A stretch of DNA of 59,730 nucleotides, counting the filler, from Dirinaria sp. TL-2023a (taxonomy: Eukaryota), in the NCBI GenBank assembly GCA_051941275.1. It is 4 parts of 4 records of this genome, joined end to end, with 100 filler letters (N's around TTAATTAATTAA, not from the genome) between each part and the next. Parts side by side here need not be neighbours in the genome. Positions count along the whole stretch, not along the records: positions 44,898 to 59,730 come from JAVEBF010000577.1; 3 more parts are not named here. One strand, given 5' to 3'. Below the pieces are notes generated by a model, which saw only the letters and a program-made list of their open reading frames with translations, ran no database searches and was not told the DNA's origin. Every line of letters begins with the position of its first letter. The stretch's first letter is position 1. Both the position numbers and the translations under genes were made by a program. This document shows, one piece after another, positions 49,716 to 59,730 of this stretch.

Positions 49716-51795
49716 GGCAAGCGAGCTCTTCCATTTCCAAATAATACCCAGTCACCTCACCTTGTCGATACCCTTTTGGAAAGGTGAAACAATCCTTACT
49801 GCCTACGATAATGTCGCTTTTCTGGGAGCTGTGTTTGGGGGAGGAAAAGGCGTTGATGCCTGTCAAGGCTCACTGCGTGCTTGTTCAAAATTGCTATCAC
49901 TAAAGTGGAGCCACGACGCTATTTTCAGGATCAAGGTATCATTGAATTCATTCATGTGGGCGAAGTGATGAGGGCGCCAAGGACGGCCCAGTTTGCGAGT
50001 CATCCGGAAACCAAAGTATGATAAGCAATGGTCCTGATCTGGAGAGAGCTGATCATCACCTGACAAGTTCGCGCTCAATATGCTGAAGCGTTGACTTTGC
50101 TTGGGGTGCACCACTGGTCGGGGACGGAGTCTCCTCCGTTCAAATAGATACTCTCGTGGCAGAGCTGAGAGCCAAAACGTGCAAGGGAGAGCAGACCCTG
50201 GTGGAGCATGGACTAGAAATCCTGCACATGGGAAATCATGGTGAAGGATGAAACGGGAAGGATGAAAAGCGTATTCGGTGGTGGAGAGCTATTTGTTGGG
50301 GGAACGGATCTTGATTCTTGATACGGTACGGAGTAGATTTGGGGTGTCGGAATTGCGGCCAGAGAATGCGGAAATGGCCCAAGCTCAGAGCTGGGCGGCG
50401 CTGGCCATTGCACTGCCAATATCTGCCAGTCCCTGTGCTTTTACTAAGACCGCCACAGCCGCGCGAGCGCAGGAGGTGATTGACCGCTGGAATTAATCCA
50501 TGTCGAAAGTTAGTATTCCTGGCCCTACATTATCTTTTTTGCAACTGGACCCGAGTCCGCATGATTTTGTTCATGAGTCAGAGTGTGTGGAGGCAATAGT
50601 GAGAGATAAAGTCTGTCGAGCACGATATTAGTGATCGTTGGCCTCGAACAACATCATCATATCGTCACCGTGAAGTCCACATCACGCGGGAAGACGGCAG
50701 GGAAGGTTGGGAGTCGGGAGGGTTTGTTCTCGACCAGATTGGCAGATTCAGTAATAATTGCAAATCGGAAGTTGGAGCGGAATTAAGGCTGACAAAGCCG
50801 TTAGGTAGTTTAAGGGAACATTAAGGATCATAATGAAGATGGTAAGGTCAGGTCGTACTACTACCGAAGGTAGTCCAAGTTGCGTGGTTTTATGCAGAAC
50901 ATTAAAGTGGCACCAATTGCCTGACATGGATACAAGGGATAAAAAGGATGTAAGGCTAGCGTATCGGTCGGAGAAATCGGACCACGACGCCCGACCTCCA
51001 ACCCTTGACCACTCACCTTCCTGCCTCTCCTCGCGCCGCTATTCCCACTATTATTCCCACCGTCAGCACAGAACCCGTCCCCGAACAACCAAGAATCACC
51101 AAATCAAAAAAAGGGCTCCTAGACTCCTGGGCGACTGGGCTACGACTGGGTTGCTACCTTACTGGGCTACATGACAGTACATGAGTGATTTCCAGCTAAG
51201 GATATCGGATCGTCCCCCCCATGTCCGCCATCCGCATGGCAAACCTTGAACCCGATGTCGCTCTCTGCTGCGTCACCCGCGATACCAAGCCACATGTTAG
51301 CCAAAGAGCTGCCAATGCCCAACATAGTTGGGAATGCGTAACCCTGTCCTGCTACTCGAATGATTACACATTCTGTTCCTCGATTCTGCTGGGCTGGAGG
51401 GAATCCTTCTCGAACTTGCCGTCTCTCCCACGTTTCTCCTCCCGCCTTGGTGCATTGTAGTGCCTTCCTATCAGAGGCCGCTCGGGCATCGACCTTTCTC
51501 AGCTTTCCCTTCCTTACCACCTTGCTTTCTTAGGTATGCTGTGTTCAGTATTAAACCTTGCGCCTCCCACTCAAGTTCCTTGAGCATATACGTGGGCTTT
51601 TCTATTCTTGCATCGTTGACGTAGTATCAAAGCTATTTTACCGTGGGGGTACTAATGTAAGCATGGTCGTTGTCCACCGCCAGCAATTATACGGCGTCTC
51701 GTTTGAGCATTATATGAAGCTACTTCTCACCTCCATCCCTTGCAGAGCGTCCTTAGCCAAGCCTGTGTCCAGTGAAGGGCTGGATTTCCCCGAGG

Positions 51796-53003
51796 ATGCC
51801 ACGCAGTACAGGAGAGGCAACAACAGAGCAAGAACAATTCGCAGTTCGAAAGAGGGTAGGGAAGGCCTGCGATCGTTGTAGGACTAAGAAGTCAAAGGTG
51901 AGCCCGTTTCTGTGGAGCGGACTGAAGCTGTGTCGGCCACTTAGCCTACTTCTCGTACGCATTGGCTGATGTACGCGCTGCAGTGTGATGGTCTCTACCC
52001 CTGCAACCGCTGTCAAGATGACAACGTGATCTGTCTCTTCGGCGAACGTGACAAGGCGCAAGATAAGACTTGGCCTCGGGGAACCGTCGAGTTGTGTCTG
52101 AAGAAACAGCGCTTCTATGAGCAGGCAATCATAGAATTATACGAAGTCGTCCTTGACCAAAAAGCGTGGAAAGGAGGACAAGTCCGGCATTCTGCTGATG
52201 GGCGACCACTTATACATGACATACTGGCAGGTCTGGGCACTTGTAATATCACTCGCGATTACGAAGAGACTTCGGACCGTATTGAAACTATAATGAGTGA
52301 AGAATCGTCTCCGAGCTCTTCGCCACGACGTATCGGCCGCAGGGCAGAGTTGGATCTCGAAATAAAATCAGAGCCTGCTGACTCCCATGTACATCCGCTG
52401 GCTGAATTGAGCCAACGAGCTTCTGATCCTTCTGCCCGCCGTACATCAGCTCGCAGGACCCGGCCACGCTCGTCCACAACGTCTCAAGAGCCACCGCAAC
52501 AGTTGCCGGGTCAAAAGAACGAAGACCAATACTCCATAAAGGCAGCTGAAATAATAGAGAGGATGAATAGGCCTCTTTCGCGAGCAAAAGCGCAGGCACA
52601 TCCACCTAGGCCCTCGTATCCATCAGCGGTTTCGCAGCGACAAACTGGCAATAACACGCCGGCCTGGCCAGCACAGGTTCCTCTAGCGACTCCAAACCTC
52701 AGTCCTGATACCGAGTCTCCGACAGTGATGTCTCCCTTTGGCTCTTATTCTTTTGCAACGGCTCCATCGCAGACTTGGCAGATGCCCGTTGATACGCAAT
52801 CATTTGACGTGGGCACAGCGTATCAGACTGACGCCTTACTCGGCGACCCCATGATATACGAAGGCTCATTCGATGGGCGGGGAAACTACGCATGGCAGCC
52901 GGAAAATTACAAGCAACAAACTGAAGATACAATACTCTGGTCTGCTATGACAGAACGTCCTCCACAGGACTCTTACGGCTTGGGCGATTATCCCCTCCAA
53001 TGA
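51796..53003 (+). CDS. Zn(II)2Cys6 transcription factor, intron 51898-51983
   Basis: RKRVGKACDRCRTKKSK/CDGLYPCNRCQDDNVIC binuclear cluster formed after splicing, followed by a coiled coil and a P-IHDIL motif. The start codon is uncertain. Confidence 0.88.
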
Positions 53004-54758
53004 TGGAAGCAGTGAACACAATGAACACACTAGTCTTACACGCAGTTCTACCTCAATTTGGAATTTTCACACGCCCACGATGCATATACAATTGCTCGCC
53101 TACTAGCACAACACTGCGGCTACTCAAATACCTCTCGCAGGTTGTATGAGGCAGATTTGGTAAGCAAATGGGACCAGAAGATCGAAACCATGATACTTTG
53201 GCCACCTCACAGAACGGCCAAGCTAGCTCACGGAAAATTTTGAGCAAGAAAACCTGGAGCCGTGAGGTTGCATTGAGGTCCCTTGCCATGTCCAGAAACC
53301 TGGTTCCACGGCATTGGAAGGTTTCGATCTCGATCGGTGAAGAAACAAACCTTATAGGGAGGCCGATGGCAGGTATCGACGGCCTCTGGCCATACCTCCG
53401 TGTTGTCCGACACTACAGCCTGAGACCCTCAAGGGTCCTGGATATGAATTCGGTTGCATTTGTGGGCTGAAGCGCGCCCTTATCAATAGTTACGTTGATT
53501 ATAGCGAACTTTGTTTTGATGCTTGTTATTGAACAAGTTCTAGAAACGATTTTATGATGGTAGCTGTTATGAACTAAAATAAGCGAGCAGTGGCCACAAC
53601 TTTCCATGTGCCGTTTTCCGCCAGCGCTGTGACCATGCCTACTTGGAGAGTAAGGTAGCATTCTCCCCTTACCCTAGACTTCTGGCGAGGTGGTATGATA
53701 GGGGTGCATCCCAAAACCAGAATGCGTCATCTCCCTTTCGTCACCCATGGCGCGATTGCCAAGACAACTCACGATACAGTTGCTTGAGCTCCAAAGTAAA
53801 AAGCATTGTACTCTGCGGCTGAGATGTTGGACTCAACCGGATGCCTTTCGTCCAGTCAATGCGTCAGCGTGAGCACTGCAGAGGGCTATGCAATGTTAAT
53901 AGCTTGAGGGTGCCAAGAACGCCAGTGGCCAAAAGTCCTTGACGATAAGCCAAGATGTTTTGCAAAATGACCATGCGTCTAGTACCTTAAGGGAGCATCG
54001 CCGTCGACATTGTATTGATGCAAAAACAGTACCCGTGTGCATGTCTCCTACCAGGCTCTTGTGAAGAAACTCAAATGCCAATATGGTGACAGGGGTTGCT
54101 GAACAGTGCTAGGAATTCGGCAGCGTTCACAGCATCCATTCCACGCGGTACCGCCAAGCACCTTTGCCTGATCATCATCTGCAAGATTTGGCCACAGCCC
54201 CAACTCTTGTTTGCAGGCGAACGTAGGCGGCGAGCGATCAAGAACCCAAGCATTGCTGCGCCGACACCACTGAGAGAATTGAAGCTTCTCGGAACCATCT
54301 CTGTTGCGTCTGAACGCGTGTGCAAGCCAAGAATGAATGAGATGAAGGCCACCAAAGAAAATGGAATTTCCCCCAATGAGACCCAAGTCGAGCTACACGT
54401 GATACCTTTGTTTGGTCCTCTGACACATTCTACTAGAAAGTAGGGGCAATAAACTCTCTTATTGAGTGCGATCAGAGTACCTTTGAGGGATACATAGGGT
54501 ACTTACTTTTGCAATGTGGGTCACTGGACTTGGCCGTTGAGTGACTCCCTTACGGTACCTTACCTACCTTACTTTAGTTGCCTCGGAAGTCTTGCCGCGC
54601 CGCCTTGTCCGGGTGCCTGAATTGACATCAGGTAGGCCCCAGGGCCCCTCCCAAGCCAATTGTTGCCCCACATGTTCTTCTGTGCATCACGTATTCCAAG
54701 ACTCCGATTGCGAGGTTGACAACAATACTTCGATACCAAGCATCTTGTACCCTCAGTC

Positions 54759-55950
54759 ATGTCTTCAAGAGGAGAACCCGAATCGGCTTTCACCTTCTTG
54801 CCCCAAGGCGCTTTGATCCAAGAATTCTCTGTTGCTGGGCATAACCTTGTCCTTTCCCTACCTACCGCTGCCCACTACGCGAACCAAAACGCTCCATACT
54901 TCGGTGAGACCGTTGGACGAACAACGAATCGCATCCGCGCAGGTCAAATACCCAATCTAAATGGTAAGACGTACCAGCTTGCCACCAACGATGCGCCAAG
55001 ACCAAACCTATTGCACGGTGGTAACGAGGGCTGGGGGAAGAAGATTTGGGAGGGCCCGAAGAAGGTGAACAGGAAAGGCAAAGAAGGAGTGGAATTCAAC
55101 TATCTGAGTAAGGATGGGGACGAGGGTTATCCTGGCACCGTACATGCCAGCGTATGGTATATAGCAGGAATGGAAGATGGCCCTGGTGGCAGACGAGAAA
55201 CTGTATTGGAGGTGGAGTACGAAGTTCAATTCATTGGGGATGAGTGTGAAGAGACTGTTGTCGGTGTGACGAACCATAGGTACGCCCAATTTGGTTTCTC
55301 CTCCCGTATCCGGGCAAGAATGACGTTTCCTTCGCGGTGCATCCGTGGCTGCGCGGAGTTGTAGAAGCTGCAAGCCTTAAATTGCTAAAATTCGAATTAG
55401 CTATTTCACGGTCAACCCTACTGCCCCAACAGTTGCCAATACGCACGTCAGTCTGGGCACAAATCATTATCTGGAGCTGGACTCGGAGCAGATCCCCACT
55501 GGCAGGATACTCCCTCATCCATCCATCGCTGCTGCAAACACCCAATTCACACTCACCTCTACCACGCCATCGTTCGATGACTGTTTCGTGCTCCCGTTGA
55601 CCACGGATCCTTCCGAGTTCACTTCAGTCGCCTCATCGACCCCTCTGGATACCCGTGCTTTGCCGTTGCGGAAGCTGTGCAGCCTCTCCCATCCAGAGAC
55701 TGGCCTGCATCTGGAGGTGCAGAGCACAGAGCCAGCATTTCAGTTCTATACAGGTGAGGGCATTGACATTCCACAGCTCGACAGAGCCGACGGGACCAAA
55801 ACGCCAGCAATGGGCGCAAGGAAAGGGATTGCAATTGAACCAAGTCGCTTTGTCAACTGCGCGGGAAGAGAGGAGTGGAGAGGCATGTGCACTATGAGGA
55901 AAGGAGACATCTGGGGTGCTAGGAGTGTTTATAGAGCGTGGAAGGAATGA
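54759..55950 (+). CDS. Aldose 1-epimerase (galactose mutarotase), intron 55280-55400
   Basis: YFGETVGRTTNRI, LHGG, DGDEGYPG, TNH/SYF, FDDCF, STEPAFQFYTG, IAIEP. Confidence 0.92.
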
Positions 55951-56245
55951 AATTGACAATTGTGCCAAAAACTACTTGCCCGAAATACCTTGAATGGAAC
56001 ATTCGACAGGTCGCTCCTTGATGGATTCATGTACCTAGACATACGAGATGATGACCACTTGGAGGTGGACACGTGAATTTCGTAAGGTGGTTCGCGTCAA
56101 TGCACGTTCGAAGTATGGTATATTTTACGAAAATTACACTAGCGTACAAATCTACGGTATATTTCACAGTACTTGTGGTATCCTATGGGCTTTTGATCCA
56201 CAATCTCGATCTTTAGACCAAACAGATTGGACAGATAGAGGTACT

Positions 56246-58444
56246 ATGCCAAAGGAACACAGGAAGCGAGGACGAAGGGAGGAGAAGAAGAGAAAGCGGG
56301 AAGAGGAGGCCGACTTCGAATCAGCCAAACGACGCAAGTCTGACGTCGCAGATGACGATGTCGAGAGAATATTCGACCTGGGGCGTCAGGCAGAGCATGT
56401 GTCAGACCTCGCACCCAGTGCGATACCTTTCTATGGTATGCTCGACGATGATGAGCAGGAATACTTCAAGCAGGCGGACACTATGCTCGAACTGGATCAG
56501 TTCCCCAGCGCGGAAGAACGGGAATTGTTTCTCGCGAATGTCTACAGGGAAGCAAATGGGAAAGAGCTGAAGATTGCCAATAGTCAGTCCTGCTCGAGGC
56601 TGATGGAACGACTTATTTTAATGTCGACCTCTGGTCAGTTGAAGGAGTTGTTCCAGAAGTTTGTCGGACAGTAGCTATGCCAAGTCCCTATGTGATATCT
56701 CGTAAGGTTTGCTGATTGTTTTAGCTTCTTATATCTTGTACAGCATCGATTCGCCTCCCATTGCTGTGAGACATTGTTCACGCGAGCGGCAGCCGAAGTC
56801 ACTGAGGAATTGACTGCACCAATGGATGTAGAACAGCCAAGAGCTGAAAATGGGAAACCCTACGTATCGATGGAGTCTCTCTTTCTACTAACGTTGGGGG
56901 AATTAGAAGACAACCTTGGTTATCTAATGACGGACCAATTCGCGTCTCATGCGCTGAGGCTCCTGCTTGTGGTCTTGTCAGGGAAGCCAATCGCAGATGC
57001 TTCAACCAAATCACTTATGAAGAGCAAGAAGTCGGAGGATATAGGGTCTTCCATACCATCAGATCGTTCAAATCGTCTCAAATCCGAATCTAGAACGGTG
57101 CCGAGTTCTTTCAATGATGCGCTCGAGAAGACCATGTCAAGAATCGTAAGCGGTCTGGAGGCAACTTATCTACGTGCACTTGCCACTCATCCTACAGCAA
57201 ACCCAGTACTACAACTACTCCTAGAGCTTGAAATATCAAAATCTGGCAAACCGAAAGCCAAAGATCCGGATTCACTGTTGCGAAAGCTCTTACCAGATGA
57301 CCCACCAAAAGAGGGGACCGATTCCGCGACTTTTGTAAACGGGCTCATCTACGATCCTGTTGGCTCACGGCTTATAGAAACAATAATAGAGTATGCTCCG
57401 GGCAAAACCTTCAGGGCTCTGTACAGAGGTATTTGCCGCGAGAAGCTCCCGAGCCTTGCAAAGAACGACATCGCCTGCTATCCTGTGACGAAGGCGATCG
57501 AGCGGTTGAGCAAGGAAGAGCTTCAGTATGCGGTGGAACAACTCTCTCGAAACATTCGAACGCTGGTTGAACGCTCGAGGACTTCTGTGATCAGAGCGTT
57601 AATAGAACGCTGCCGGATAAGGGAAGTAGATACCCAGCCCATCATTACAGCATTGCAGGATTCGTACGGGAGCGAACCTGCGGATGCTATGATCAAGATG
57701 CTCGGAATGAGCGCCAAGGGCCACGAGGGCGTAGCACCAGACCGTCAGGCGCAGATAGAAGATCGAGATGTTGGCAAAGTGCACGGATCACTTCTGGCCC
57801 AGACCATGCTTGAACTGCCTGGTCCCATGCGGGACATGGTCATGGACGGTCTCATATCAATGGATGCGCTTACTCTCCAAGAAATTGCCAAAGACCGCTC
57901 AGCCACACATGTTCTCCAGTTCGCTTTGAGATGCCCGAACCAGGATCACGCAGCCAAATTCCGACGAACAATTGTGCAGCGTCTTGCCCCTCACGCCGTT
58001 GAACTGGCTCTGGATACAACTGCATCGCATGTTGTCGACGCAATGCACCAAGCCTCCCAGGACTTGAGATACCCTCGGGAGCAAGTGGGCGCCCAACTGG
58101 CCAAGAGTGAAGGCTTATTACGACAATTTCCTTCTGGGAAGGCGGTGTGGAGGAATTGGGAGATGGATCTTTACAAGAGAAGTAGGCAGAAGTGGATCCA
58201 TCAAGACAGCATCGTGGATACAGTGATGTCCGATCTTACGAGCAAAGAGGGAAAAAGCAAAGGGAGAAAAGAGCGGGAGGCCCAATTGCGGGGAGCAAGC
58301 AGGCCTAAGACGGCGCTTGATCTTGCAAGAGAGAGGCATGCGGCTGGCTTACCACCGCCTCGTAAAGCTAGCGGGCAAACTTCTACTCGGGATTTCAAGG
58401 GCCACCTGAAAACTGCTTTGAGCGTCGGACAGGGTAAAACTTAA
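56246..58444 (+). CDS. NOP9: Nucleolar Pumilio-repeat protein Nop9, intron 56671-56724
   Basis: MPKEHRKRGRR, FYGMLDDDEQEYF, GKELKIANSQSCSRLMERLI, QHRFASHCCETLF, D.FASH, GSRLIE, GKAVWRNW. Confidence 0.93.
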
Positions 58445-59730
58445 TGACAATCCCACGATTGACGAGACGATCGGTGGAGTAGGTACAACCCCTGTGACGC
58501 TCGAGGGTTCGATCGCATACACTATCGACTTGTTTATTGGCCGCTTTCCAGTGACGAGCAACATATTTGCTGCCTGTCTGAACGATCTTCGTGCTCGTCC
58601 ACGAGTCCTGGTGTGTATAGCTGGGACGCACGGGCCCGGGCCACATGTTGACTCGATTCGGCCTCGCACCCGCTACTGAACTGATAACGATATCCAAAGC
58701 GCCGATGCCGCTCTTGGGGATGGCACTTGCGAAGGTGTTTATTCCAACAGCATGGAGAGAGTGATCACTAGCCTAGCGGACGCGTTCAAGGAGAAGAGAG
58801 TGGCTTGGCTCTACTGGTTTCGGTACTCGAACAAACCTCATCGATCCGTTGTGCTCTGAGTTGGTCATAGAAGAGCGAGAGGTACAGGCAGTAGTCAAGA
58901 GTGCTTTAATCTCAGCACTCGCTGCAGGCATTGCCTAGGTACTTTATAGTGACCACTTCAGGAGTGGGCGGGTCTAAGGTAAAGTAGGTTCCTTCCAGAT
59001 GCCAAATCACCACTAGCCGGACAGGGAGCCAAGACAAGCGTCCGAGGAGTTTGATAGGCCTTCAGAGTTCAGTCAGTAAGATAGGTACTTAGAGGCACAA
59101 TACCTTGGTACAGTAGTAACCTAGGTAGGTAAGTACCGTAGGTAGTGAATGATGAAACCCGGGAAACTGAAGTGGAAAAGAACCTGCAGTCGGCTATGAT
59201 GGGATCCGGGTCTGTCATACATGAGCACCGATTTGATTGGCAACCAAACGCTACATCCACCGGTCACCACCCGCACGCTATCTATTCCAGATGCCCAGCT
59301 TTCTCCATTATGGTGATTCGTGCTAGAACAATTACCCCTGCCATCTGTTGCTGCGGGTCCCCCAAAGTCAATGGCACTAGGAGTCTAGGAACCGCGGGTT
59401 GTCAGATCCTCTCGGGCACCACACTTGCGTCAGTTGCGTCAGTGCCTCTCTTTTACCTCCTACTGTTGTAGGGTTGAAGATGGCTGGAATCGAAGTTGTA
59501 AACGGAGGACATTGAGATGGGGGTTGTTTCTTCTCTGATGAGATGATAGAAGTTCCGATCACGCTCGTTTCAAGCCGAGAGACCTTAAACCGGTTTGGGC
59601 ATGGCGTGGTCATTAGTGCAATCGGGCAGTGTGTGGAAAAATCGGACAGAGTCTCCCTTGAGCGTTCAGCAGCAGCAGCACAGGCACAAAGTGACAACTG
59701 GAGTCTTGCACCCCCCTCCCCCCCCTGTGC

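Noticed and set aside
58445..59730. Short ORFs downstream of NOP9
   Set aside because: No coherent exon structure or recognisable domain could be supported.

Overview
Eukaryotic, intron-containing DNA from a filamentous ascomycete (Pezizomycotina), with short GT-AG introns and CTAAC/CTGAC-type branch sites. It is not one locus. Three identical 100-nt artificial linkers (N44-TTAATTAATTAA-N44) join four contigs of steadily decreasing length (14880, 14862, 14855, 14833 nt), so adjacency across linkers has no biological meaning. Contig 1 is housekeeping: SLH1-type helicase, YKT6, a conserved hypothetical protein, an atypical Rab and a flavocytochrome b2 ending in -SKL. Contig 2 looks accessory: frameshifted and nonsense relics, a MazG-like miniprotein, an F-box gene with one in-frame stop, an NmrA-like reductase, a methyltransferase, a Hub1-like protein, a SesA/HeLo-like-NB-ARC-TPR NLR and a decayed tail. 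Contig 3 carries PRP6, DIM1, GYP1, HRP1, a GPI-anchored low-complexity protein and a Cys-rich hypothetical protein. Contig 4 carries BNA6/QPRT, a Zn2Cys6 factor, aldose 1-epimerase and NOP9. The best leads are a structured, H/ACA-snoRNA-like RNA in the long first intron of BNA6, a 950-nt HRP1 intron with a possible poison acceptor, recurrent TACCTTACC/GGTAAGGTA promoter clusters on all four contigs, a PTS1-bearing cytochrome b2 and the NLR. All calls were made by eye, without database searches.
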